A stretch of 63,753 nucleotides of DNA, filler included, from Vannella sp. (Eukaryota), in the NCBI GenBank assembly GCA_023345925.1. It is 4 parts of 4 records of this genome, joined end to end, with 100 filler letters (N's around TTAATTAATTAA, not from the genome) between each part and the next. Parts side by side here need not be neighbours in the genome. Positions count along the whole stretch, not along the records: positions 34,135 to 58,674 come from JAJQQN010000445.1; 3 more parts are not named here. One strand, written 5' to 3'. Position numbers and translations under genes: made by a program. Numbering within the stretch: position 1 is the first letter of the stretch; each line of letters begins with the position of its first letter. The notes below the pieces were generated by a model that had not been told where the DNA came from, ran no database searches, and saw only the letters and a list, made by a program, of their open reading frames with translations. Positions 34,480 through 45,343 of the stretch are shown piece after piece.

Positions 34480-35720
34480 GTGAGAGGGCTACTCTTCTCT
34501 CTTTTGGGCTTCTTTTCCTTCTTCTCTTTGGAGGAACCCGCGCGGGAGCTCTTGGACGACTTATGAGAGCGAGATTGGCGCACAGAAAAGTGAACGGGAG
34601 GTGCACCTTCCACATTGGCTCCCTTTGAGTCAATGAAAGTGACTACCATGTCGTATTTGCGGTCTTCTGTTTCCTTCAGCAGTGACACAAGCGGCAAATC
34701 GAGCTTCTTCTTGTACATGGCCATCGGCATGTAGATCATGGAAGTGCCTTGGACCACTCCCGCAGGAGTAAGACCGAATTTCTTCTTGATTCTGTCAAAG
34801 AACTGTCCCAAAGTCATGTCATCACCCCCTCGGATCTCCCACTGGTCCCACATAGTGACTGATAGCTTCTCTGTCAACTGACTGACTTGAGATGGGCCTG
34901 GTTCAACCATGGCATAGAGAGACAACCAGATTCAAAAAGGAGTTTTTGAAGCGTTCCAGTTGTAGTGGCCCCATTCTCATTCTCCAACATTCTGAGTTTG
35001 ATAAGCTCCAAAGTGACTAGTCCAGCCACTGCGGATGTGGTAGTGGCAATAGCAGGAGTGATGTTACCGGCAATCCGTTTGATTTCAATACGGGGCGCCT
35101 CTTTGATGGAGTAGCAACGAGCTCGGAGATTAGTGACGGCAGTAATCAAGTCAACATGGTGATTCGAGTCATCATCTTTCTCAAAGCCCAATGGCTGGAC
35201 CTTCAAGCCTGGTGCAACAAACGGAGAACTTTCTTGAGAAGTAATTGTGAGTCACTTTGCAACCCATCACCTTTGTCAGTTGGCTTCAGTGCCTTCTCGT
35301 CAGTTTCGATTTCGACATCCTCTCTCGGAATGAAGACGGGCACCTTCGTAGACATGCACATTTGAGTGAGTTCTTGTGCAGATGGTACTGGCCCTGCAAT
35401 GTTCCATATCTCTGCCCACAGTGTTGCTCAATTAGTGATAAGGGAGCTGTGAAGCGGGTCATTCCCATTGAAATAGAGAGCTGTGGGAGGGCATCGTGGA
35501 GCAGCCCAAAAAAAGGCTCCATCCGCTAAAGTGTGGTCCAGAGGGAACTTCTTCAGCAGTTGCAGTCATTGCGAAAGCTGTCTTCAAAGTAGATTCTTGC
35601 GAAAGAAGCGCAATCGGCAGCCTATTGGGCGACGACGAAGGAGCCAAGCAACATTGCCAAGGCAACGAGATCCCCAGATTGTTATTTCGTATTTTTGAGT
35701 GCTCGCGCTGGATTGGCTGG
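34480..35720 (-). pseudogene. UBA6-like ubiquitin-activating enzyme (E1), C-terminal fragment with multiple frameshifts and an in-frame TGA
   Basis: [99 protein letters not shown] at 35428-35430 and frame breaks near 35620, 35565, 35222, 34968 and 34926. Confidence 0.8.
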
Positions 35721-35779
35721 AAACAGACCAATCGGGAAGGGACAAACGAATCACCAAGAGGGGAAGTGATCATTTGGTC

Positions 35780-38608
35780 ATGTCCCGCTCTCAAGCGAGT
35801 CTCCAGCGTGTCCATCGTCCAAACTCTCAGGCTACTCCTAAGAGTGCCCCTGTCCGTGCGGTTCAATTGCAGAGGAATCCGATGAGCGTGTTCATCAGTG
35901 GTGAGGCGCCTGTGAGCCCTTTCTTGCTTCAGAATCCGCCAAGTGGGCTCATACGCCCTGCTGTTGTGTCTCAGTTGATCATTCAACTTGATAGGAAGCT
36001 CCCTCAAGGCAACATTGTGTGTCTGTCTGCCTCTCCTGGTTCTGGAGGTACGACCATTGGTCGGTGGGTCGTGTCTACCTTGAATGACAGAGGCTTCTTC
36101 GTGGTTGACCTCTCTCCAACCATGGGTGATGTCAACTATGATGATATCCGTCGATTCCTCCATCAAGCGAGCACAGAAGCTCGCCATCCCCTGTTCTTGT
36201 TGGATTTCGGACCTTTCGTGAATGCTGCTGTCGTCTCCGCCGTGGTCAAAGTGATTCTATCACTCTGTGAAAGTGCCTCTGTACTCACTATCACTCATAA
36301 CGATCAGCCTGCCCCCCAATGTGACCATCTGATTGAGTACCAACTCGATGCAGGAGGATTGAAGGCTCTTCAAGAGGCCTACGCTACCCGCGAGCTCGCC
36401 TGTGGTAGTGGGCTTCTAGACCATGAGTCATTGATGATGGATACCAAACGGTTCACCGAAAACGAGGCGCTTAAGAAGGAGTTCTGCACGAAGGACCAAC
36501 GTGACTTGCTCAAGGATGGTTACTGGCCCCAAGAGATCTTCTCAGCCATCCAATATGCTGACTTGGGATTGCAATTGCGTAGGAACTACACGGAGCTTCA
36601 TCACATGACTTGCAGAGGTCTTATCCTTTACTATTTTACTGATATGGAAGTTCAGGAGCGCAATCGCATGGTTGCCTTGACTGTGGCGCGCATGCAACAG
36701 GAGGAAGTACTATTGCTGCGAGCCTGTTTGTTTGTCGCAATGTTCGCTCCAACAGAGAGACTTTCGCTTTCTGTGGTCCAGTTCTTCCTTCCGTCTTGTG
36801 GGAGATCCGTGTTGAATCTTAGTTCTCATCTCCGTACGCTCATTTCAGTGACCGACGACGAGTATGTGTGTATTCCAGCACCCCACATTGCCTACGCACT
36901 GCTGGAACATCCTCTTTTGTTCGGTCAAGATAGATTCGGCTTGACCCAGACCATTGAGATGTTAATGTCCTGTGCTGAAGTGAATCTCCCGTGCAGGGAT
37001 GATCTTATTAATGTTTTCCTGAACTCTTTCTGCTTCTACGATCTGGCGCACCCCATCGAAGAAGCCACTCCTTCCCAGATTCCCGGTCAAATCTTTGATG
37101 TGTCCAAGACTATTTCGTTTTCCTTTCTTGCGCAGAAGTTTCTTGACTTTGAAGCAAACGTTGAGTATCTTAAGAGACTCACATTCATCTACAGTTCCCA
37201 TGGAGAGGCTCAAGTTAGTTTCAGTACATATTGTGCTAGAATGATTACTTCGAAAGTCAGTTCCCAAGAGACCGAGGCCGCGGCAAACGCTCTTTTTGAC
37301 AAAGCCTTTGAACTGCTTGAGAGTGTAGGGAGAGACAGCCACCACAAAATTCAAGAGCGTTACGGACTGATTGAGAAGCTCCGCCTTGAAAACTACCGGC
37401 GGCGCCACATGGCATCGAAGAAGCTGGACCTTGCTTCTTTCCACAAGCATGAGAAGGTGATCTTCGCCATTCAAGAGCGCGCAATTGGATTTTTCGAGAG
37501 ATCCATGACCTTTCCAGAGCAGAATCTGTCCGTCCCGATGATTGGAGAGATGCTTTCGATGATGATGTACATCATGTCATTCCAGGAGCACCGCTGCAAC
37601 CGGAAATGCGAGGGAATGCTCGTGATTACTGGGAACACCGAAAGTGACGACAACAAGGTGCGCAAAGTCATTCAGGGAATGCTACGAAAGCTCTCTCTTC
37701 TCTATGCACAGTGCCAACATTTCTTGAGAACCAATTCCCGCCAATTCAGCTCGATCTCCATCAGGCGCAAGAAGATATCCCAAGAGAAGCTAGCGGGAAT
37801 CAAGATGCAGCTGAACCACATTCTTCGTCCCTCCAAATCTGGTTCACTTGCTCTCTGCAAGATATTCCTTGCCGATGGTCCTCCAAAAGATTTGCTCCAG
37901 GACCTCATTCAGGTGGCTGAGAGTATGAAGTCTGAGTCTCTCACGCAGAGAGAACGCCAATTCACTTTTGCAGAGATTATAAGGCTTGGTGTTGCTTCTT
38001 CTGAGCTTACTAACGTTCAACAAAAGCTTGCTGAGTTGATGGACCAAAAGCATTCCAATCGATTGATTTGGGAGCTTCCGCCACAACTCTTTTGGGAGGA
38101 TCCTAGAGCACTGGAGGATCTCTCTGCCTTGATTTGTGAGCAAAGCGATTGTCATTCCCTCTTCCGCGTTCATTTAGCTCCCGTGATGATCGCCATTTGG
38201 AAATGTATTCAGAATGCCTCTGCAAACGCCTCGGACCAGCTCTACGAAGCCCTCGAGCAAATGCAGGAATTCAACGTTAAGTTTCCAAGAGAGTTCTACC
38301 CAGAGAGATTCTTGGTAAGCAGTGCGCAGTCCATTCCAGGCTTCCCCTTTTCTGGTTTCCGACCGTTCCCAAATCTTCCCCCAAATAACCGGGAAGTCCG
38401 CCTCGCAATTATGAATGAGTTCTACAACTTCAGCGGTGAAGTAGCCAACCAGCAAGTGTTCTGTTCTGAACTTAACCTTCTGCTCCCCTGCCAACTGTAC
38501 CCCTCCGACATTCCCATCGGTAGCCCGGTTCGCTTCAAGATAATGCTGAACCGAACCGGACTGCGTTGCACCGGAATTCACGAGGAAATAGACGTATCTC
38601 GTATTTAG
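35780..38608 (+). CDS. SAMD9/SAMD9L-family STAND NTPase-TPR-OB fold protein lacking the N-terminal effector (intronless; alternative start 35882)
   Basis: Lys-less Walker A SPGSGGTTIG (36035-36055), PLFLLD Walker B, winged-helix-like FAPTERLSLSVVQFFL...VCIPAPHIA..LL, TPR-like CARM...KIQERYGLIEKLRL...ERAIGFFERS..NLSVPMIGEM, terminal OB-like FSGEV...VRFKIMLNRTGLRCTGI. Confidence 0.78.
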   Translation: MSRSQASLQRVHRPNSQATPKSAPVRAVQLQRNPMSVFISGEAPVSPFLLQNPPSGLIRPAVVSQLIIQLDRKLPQGNIVCLSASPGSGGTTIGRWVVSTLNDRGFFVVDLSPTMGDVNYDDIRRFLHQASTEARHPLFLLDFGPFVNAAVVSAVVKVILSLCESASVLTITHNDQPAPQCDHLIEYQLDAGGLKALQEAYATRELACGSGLLDHESLMMDTKRFTENEALKKEFCTKDQRDLLKDGYWPQEIFSAIQYADLGLQLRRNYTELHHMTCRGLILYYFTDMEVQERNRMVALTVARMQQEEVLLLRACLFVAMFAPTERLSLSVVQFFLPSCGRSVLNLSSHLRTLISVTDDEYVCIPAPHIAYALLEHPLLFGQDRFGLTQTIEMLMSCAEVNLPCRDDLINVFLNSFCFYDLAHPIEEATPSQIPGQIFDVSKTISFSFLAQKFLDFEANVEYLKRLTFIYSSHGEAQVSFSTYCARMITSKVSSQETEAAANALFDKAFELLESVGRDSHHKIQERYGLIEKLRLENYRRRHMASKKLDLASFHKHEKVIFAIQERAIGFFERSMTFPEQNLSVPMIGEMLSMMMYIMSFQEHRCNRKCEGMLVITGNTESDDNKVRKVIQGMLRKLSLLYAQCQHFLRTNSRQFSSISIRRKKISQEKLAGIKMQLNHILRPSKSGSLALCKIFLADGPPKDLLQDLIQVAESMKSESLTQRERQFTFAEIIRLGVASSELTNVQQKLAELMDQKHSNRLIWELPPQLFWEDPRALEDLSALICEQSDCHSLFRVHLAPVMIAIWKCIQNASANASDQLYEALEQMQEFNVKFPREFYPERFLVSSAQSIPGFPFSGFRPFPNLPPNNREVRLAIMNEFYNFSGEVANQQVFCSELNLLLPCQLYPSDIPIGSPVRFKIMLNRTGLRCTGIHEEIDVSRI

Positions 38609-38651
38609 AACCGGTCACTTCCATAAAGAACCATTCATTGACTTGCCCATT

Positions 38652-41600
38652 CTACTTTTTGGAATTGCCAGAGAATCTCTTCTTCTTCCGCTTCTTGATG
38701 CTGTTCTCTTGAACGGTCTTCATGACTGGTAGATTGTCAGTTAGAATGGATTCTCCGTCCCTGATTGTCCCACTCACTTGTTTGCTCCATTTCACTGTCA
38801 TTCAGTAGCAGCGAAACGACTTCGGAGTTGTTGTTGAAAGCTCCTGCTTCGAACTTGCCACCAGCAATCACGATTGATTGGATCTGCGAGTGGTTAGTGT
38901 TTGAAGCAAGGTAGATCGGTTCTGTCTTGACTACTAACATTGTGCTTCTCCTTGGCTCTGGCCAGAATGCGCTCTTCAATCGAATTTTCTGTAACCAAGC
39001 GATAGACAGTAACGGGGCGTGTTTGGCCAAGCCGATGGGCTCGGTCCATTGCTTGAGCATCCATTGTAGGGTTCCAGTCCGAGTCATAGAAGATGACCGT
39101 ATCAGCGGCGGTAAGATTAATACCGAGTCCTCCTGCACGTGTACTAAGCAGGAACGCAAAAATCTTGTTGTTTTGGAACTCAGAAACCATATCTCGTCTC
39201 TCAGAAAGCTTGCTGGCTCCATCCAGTCGGTGATAAGAGTACTTGCGGTAGTTCATGTACTCCTCCAAAAGGTCCAACATCTTGGTCATTTGAGAGTAGA
39301 TCAATACGTTGTGGCCGCCCGCCTTCAGTTGGCAAAGCATTTGATCCAACTGCTTCAGTTTGCCTGAATCGTTGATGACTGAAGCAAAGTCTGGTACTCG
39401 AATCCGGTTGGGAGAAACGTACTTGAAGAGAGGTGGAAGCAGCCCCTGTTCAGGTAATTCCTTCCACGGGTGAGTCCTGGGAACAATCGCCGGGTTCGTA
39501 AAGCTGCAGTGATAGTTAGCACCATAGAGAAGCTTTTGCTGATATCCACTGAACATGACTTGATGTGTCTGCACCACAAACTGTCTATCAGAGCAAACAG
39601 GGACGATGGGAGCGGCAGCAGCAGCAGGCGAGTAGCCTCGAACGCTGCGGACAACTGGAGGAAGAGATGGACTCATTCCCCCGCACCTCCAAAGCGGCCC
39701 ATCAGCGGGAAGCTGGCGCAATTGGACGGCTTCTCGGATGAGGAAGGGAGCGTTCGGTACTTGACTTGGAAAATCATTGATAACAACCTGCCCTTGCCAT
39801 CTCTCGCGTTGGTGAGAATAGAACAGGTTTTGATCAAGCTGCGATGAATTGAAAGCGAAAGAAGCTTCTCCAGCAGATAAGTCAGCAAACCGAGTAAAGG
39901 AGAATGCAGAGTGAAGAGAAAGAGTCTCTCCATCAGTCATGGCATCACTATTAGCATAGTCACAAAGGCTCTCCGTAATATGCTTTACCGAGAAAAGAGT
40001 GAATCGGCGCAAGAGCGATGGAGACAAGTCTCTTCCTTGAATATCTCTGTGGCGAGTAGATGCCCAATCAGCACGATAGAAGGCCTTGGGATAGCGGTAG
40101 ATAATTGGATTGTTGTTGACTGTTTCCACAGGGTCAATAAATTGGAATGGAGAGGTTACTCCTCGACGCTCGAAAAGTTCCGGGTGATTGCAGACCTTTC
40201 GGAACTGCATGACAAGATTCATCAGATGAGCAGAATGGTCCGTGTTGTTAGATTGTGAAAGCAAATCTGCAATGGAGATGTTCGCTTTGATGCCTTTGTA
40301 CAAACGCTTTTGCCGCTCTGTCAAGATACAACGCTGCTCGTACTCGGTCTTGGTGACCATCTCATCCTCAATGTCTTGCTTGACTCGTCGCAACATGAAT
40401 GGCTTGAGAATGGTGTGAAGTCGTGATAACTGCTGCTCACTTATCTGGCCAGAACCCTCTGCGTGGTTCTCAACGTCTTTTGAGAACCAATCGTTGAACT
40501 CTTCGTGGGAGTCGAAGAAGGAAGGCATTATGAAATGAAGGAGAGCCCACAACTCAGCCATGTTGTTCTGGATGGGGGTTCCAGTCAAAAGCAATCGATT
40601 GCGACAGTTGAATCCCAAAAGGGTCTTCCAACGGACACTTGAGGATGATTTGAGCGCATGAGCCTCATCTAAAGCCATGTACTGCCACTTGACACGGCGG
40701 AAGTATGCTTCATCTTGCACGATAATCTGGTAGCTAGTCACTACGACGTGCATGGAAGCATCTCGTGTGTACATGCTCTTTGGAGTCCAGAAGTGGCGGA
40801 GGATCTTTCTATCCTCAACTGTCCCCCAGTAGGGCCGAGCCTTTAGCGTTGGAGTAAAGCGAGCAAATTCTTGCATCCAGTTGTGCAGCGTTGAGACAGG
40901 AGAGATGACCAAGAAAGGGCCCCAAATGTCCTTCTCCTCTGCCAAGTGAGCCAGAAAGGCGATGGTTTGGATGGTTTTACCCAGGCCCATGTCATCAGCT
41001 AGGATTCCATTGATACCTTGATCGTAGAGGTTGACCATCCAATTCAATCCGCGCAATTGGTAGTTCTTCAGCTTCCCTGCAAAGAGTGAGGGCTGAGAAA
41101 TCATAAGCTCACCCTCTCCTAGAGGTGCAGAGGGCTTGGGCGCTTCAATAGAAGGCATTGCGTTAGCAGGAGCTACATCAATACCAAGTTTCCGCTTGCG
41201 AATTCGCGTTTCCTCATCGAAAGCTTCCATTCTCTCGCGCGTCTCTCGTAGCTTATCTTCTGCCGCCTTGGTAGCTTCCGCAGCCAACTCAGCATCTTCT
41301 GGCATCTCCGGCATGGGAATGCTCGTGCCGCTTTGGACTGTGGCGATTCCCTCGCCATCATCTCCTCCCAATTTGTCAATTCCAACCTTACTACCGATAA
41401 AGTGAGCGTAAAGCTCGGTCTGGGTGAGCAAGAAGTTCAGCTTCTTCTGCTGGCGTTTTGCCTCGCGGACTTCGTCGTCTCGCTTCCTCAATTGGGAAGC
41501 TGTTTTGACCGCTTTGCGAGCCTGTCCTCGTTGGTTCTTCTCATGTTTGCGCCAATACATAAGAACCTCCTTGGAAAGCTTCTTGCCGCGGTTGCCACCA

Positions 41601-42655
41601 TCTTTACCGACTCGTACGGAGCGGAGAATCCGTTTTTTGACCTCTTTTTGGCAAGCAATAGCCACCTTCTTGGCTAGTCCAATCAGATACGTGCGGTTGT
41701 TGACCAGTACGCGATGCTGCTTCAAGATATCAGCCTTGGAAAGGTGCGTCCACCTCGCTTGGCTCGATGGCGCCATCCGAGACAAGAACTCCCCAGATTT
41801 GCCTCCCAAGCCACGGGTAGATCGCAATCCGTACTCGACATCATACACGCGAGCCTTCTTTCGCTCAGGAGCAAGGATCTCGTGATAAGGCGCAACGAAC
41901 AAAAAGTCATCTTGGAAGAGGCCATCCGGGTTGATGTGTTCATCACAGGAGCTCTTCTCTGTGTTACGTGCACCAATCGGGAAGATGAACTCACTGGGGT
42001 CGATGCGGAGCCGCTTGCGAGGAAGCGCTTGGCGTCCAGCAAGGTGGCGCCGATTCACGAACGATTCTGAGTCCAAAGAGCCCGAGATCTCACCCTCTGG
42101 GTCTCCATCAGTATCCAGAGTTGAGTCTTGATCCTTCTCATGGGAGTCGAGCCTTGTCGGATGGTCCTGATCCCCTGAGCGGACCAAAGAGGCCCATCTT
42201 CGTTCTTTGTAAGCTTGGGAGCGAAGGAACAGAGGCGTAGCATCAGAGGTTTCCTCATATGTCGGTTGTACGCAGCACTCAAGCTCTAATCGGTCGATCT
42301 GAGCTTTGGCGTGCGACAACACGGCGAGGTCAAAGTGGGAGCTGGGATCCTCCGTTTCATTTAACTTGGAGTACCACCTGCTCATCCCATCACTGTGAGT
42401 CTCGAGACGGTTTCCAAGGAGAGAAGGGAGCGACAACGTACTCGCTTTGGAAGTGTTCTGAGTCGAACTGAAAGGACGTGGAAAATGGGTAAAAGGTGAG
42501 TTGTAAGACACCCTAGAACCCCTGAAAGGCACTCTCAGGGGTAGAAGGAGACTTACCTTGGCAGCGTCATCATTCTTGGGTAACGAGTGAGGAGGGAGAG
42601 GGACAAGTGGTGAGTCCTTTCCGGTGGGAACAGCCCCGTTCTCTGCAGGCTTCAT
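38652..42655 (-). CDS. INO80: Chromatin-remodelling ATPase INO80 (multi-exon)
   Basis: DBINO segment EAKRQQKKLNFLLTQTELYAHF, LYDQGINGILADDMGLGKT, LDEAHALKSSSSVRWKTLL, FSKDVENHAE, LLSTRAGGLGINLTAAD, QAMDRAHRLGQ. Confidence 0.95.
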
Positions 42656-42941
42656 CAAACTAACTTGGTCGTACTCCTTGTCCAACGTTCTCTCACGACG
42701 ACAGAACCGCCTTGGACAACAAAGGCGACGAAGAAAGCTGCTCTGCTGCTCCTCTTTCACTCCAAATTGCTTCAAATCCTTCCGATCTATATGACACAAT
42801 CAAATGACGAGTATGATAGTTTTGCGTGTTCAACATTTTCTTGGCAATGATTATTGGGTAATAATTACAAGCTGCTCCGTTTGATTCATGATAACGATGA
42901 TTCATTGATGCTCTCGCACAAGTCCCATACCGATCAATTTG

Positions 42942-44847
42942 ATGATGCCAGAAAGTGATCTTCCAACAATCGGTCCCTTTCAGTTTTTGTCGGCTCGCAT
43001 GGTGGAACCTCTTCCAAGTTTGGAGTCTTTTCGTGTGGCTCTGAAGAAGATCTCTCCACGTCAGCGGGTGAGGGTGCTACTGAAGGGAATAGCTCCCTTC
43101 TGACAAAGACCCAGTCACTCCCAAGCACTATCTGCTCAGACGAGATCGATTACCATTCCTCAGGGTTGATAGATACAGGGAACTTTGGGTCAGTGTACTA
43201 CGGCAAAGTGAGAGAGCTTCCAGCGGCTATCAAGGTGTTGAAGAATGCCACGATGACTACAAAAGCCATCGAGTCCTTCCAACGTGAGGTAGAGATAGTG
43301 AAGTACGCACTCTCTTCATTGAAGCCTCTCTCCTAACTCCCTTAAGGAAAAACTCTCACCCCAACATCGTCCAGTACTTGGGAGTATGCGCAGAACCAGA
43401 TAAGTTTGTGATTGTGATGGAGTTCATTCCTGGTGGGAACTTGGACAACCTTCTGCATGACACCAGACGCAACATATCTCTGTACCACCTGCTACGCATC
43501 GCAAAGGAGGTTGCCCTTGGCATGAACTGGCTCCACAACGCCAAGCCCCCAATCATCCACAGAGATCTGAAGCTCACCAACGTCCTATTAGACGCCAATC
43601 TTACCGCAAAGATATGCGACTTTGGGCTGTCACAAGAGAAGTACTCTCCCTTCCTTCGTGATCCATCAACTGGAGCCAAAGGCACCCCATTGTGGATGGC
43701 TCCTGAAGTCCTTCGTCTGGAGCCCTTCAACGAGAAGTGTGACATATACAGGTGAGTAAGTCACCGTTTGTAAGCATCTAACTGATTGCTGCAAGCTTGG
43801 GAGTCTTGTTCTGGTGCTTAGTCACGCGGATGGAACCGTATGATCAGTTCACGGAGTTTGATCCCTTCTTCCGCGCAGTCTGCTATGAAAACATACGACC
43901 CATCATCCCAGCCAACACCCTTCCGAGTCTGGCAGATCTCATCTCCACTTGCTGGCATTCAGATCCAAAGAAGCGACCGACTTGTGCCCAGATTGTCCAC
44001 AGCCTTCAGCATATCATGATAGAGGAGGCTGTCACTGACGAAGAAGGGCGACAGCTTTGGAAGGACAACTGCCTGGACCGCCAAAGTATCTATTGGGATG
44101 ACTTTATCGATATTTTTGAGGAGCCTTTTGTCTATTTGCCAGACCAAGCCTCACTCAAAGAGCTTGGTGCAGCTCAGGAGTTCCAGTTGAGTGAGTACAG
44201 CTCAAGGGATCTCGAGAAGGCTGCTGCAGTGTCCAACGAATGGATTCGAAGGACAGGGATGCCCACGGCGCCTGACAACATTGCTGAGTTGGAAGCAGCA
44301 TATGAAGTGAAGGTGAAGTGTTTGAAGTCTCTCCTTGTGTCCAAGGGTCCTGGTGACCTCGATATGGTCGAATTGGAGAAGTTTGGGGATGTTCTCAAAT
44401 GGTTTGGCCCCATTCGGGACCCTGATGGCTCAGTCAACATCATAGAACGTGTATGTGGAGACTTTCATCAATCCATCATCTTACCTGTTCCCGTAGATCG
44501 CTGAAATCCTTGGCAATGAAGCCTTCCATGGAGACATCAGTGCTTCACGAGCTCAGGAGCTTCTCCTGGCATACAAAGAGGCCGGCACGTATTTGGTGCG
44601 CTTTAGTTCTGTCCATGGCCAGTACGCAATCACTCACATTAGCGAAAACGGAGCTATCAACCACAACCGCATTTCCCACAAACTGGGAGAAGGCTTCCTC
44701 TTCCGCAACCAATACTTCCCCACCATTGCAGGCTTAATCGAAGCCATCTCTCCCGTTCTCAAACTCACCAAAGCCTGCCCTGGTTCAAAGTACCAAAGTA
44801 TCTTCCAAAATATCGGCACAGATTATCAGTACAAGAACTGCCTGTAA
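42942..44847 (+). CDS. Shk-type TKL kinase with C-terminal SH2 domain (multi-exon)
   Basis: GNFGSVYYG, HRDLK, DFG, KGTPLWMAPE, FGDVLKWFGP, SH2 FHGDIS...GTYLVRFSS..YAIT..NHNRI, CPGSKYQSIF. Confidence 0.9.
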
Positions 44848-45343
44848 TCGTTGACTTAAAATACAAGTAATTAAATCAAACATTTTCTCATTTATTTGAA
44901 GAAAGTTGATGGAAGGGGCCTCTTTTCCTGTCAGCACAAGAAGGCGGTGTTTGTCCATTGAGGGACACCGCTTTGAGCTCATTCTGAATGAGTATGAGGC
45001 AAGCAAATTGCTGATCGTGACAATGATCGACAAGCTGGGGACGTTTGTGAGGTCTCCCGGAGTGTGAAGTGGGTGGGCACTTACCCTCTCCCTCAAGGTC
45101 TCTATCGATTCTCAGGAATACCGTGTGCTTGTAGGAAAGAGAGATGATATCCGTATTGACGTAATCAGCCGTCATATCCAGCAGAAGCTTCCCCCAACCA
45201 TGCGGCTAACGGCTGCCATTGGCCTCTCTCCTGACACAACCTGTGGTCACAGCGTCATTAAGAAGCTTCTTCAAGTGCTCGACGTCTTCCTTTAAAGAAC
45301 CCTCTGCCTGCAGCCCTCTGATGCACAAGAAGCCGTTTAGAGT

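Noticed and set aside
35428..35430. In-frame TGA in the UBA6-like frame as selenocysteine or an alternative genetic code
   Set aside because: It is surrounded by several frameshifts, TGA terminates many intact genes here (PEX19, NAA25, HBS1), and tRNA-Trp has a normal CCA anticodon.
36490..36600. Segment DLLKDGYWP..LQLRRNYTEL as an internal duplicate of the pre-P-loop region of the SAMD9-like protein
   Set aside because: The similarity is too weak to judge by eye and needs a profile self-alignment.
35780..38608. Lack of introns as evidence of recent HGT of the SAMD9-like gene
   Set aside because: Native genes in the window (NBAS, INO80) have exons over 3.5 kb, and the base composition looks similar.
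44888..45330. Possible small minus-strand gene between Shk and SRAP
   Set aside because: There are coding-like patches and a GTAAGT donor, but no coherent gene model or family could be built.
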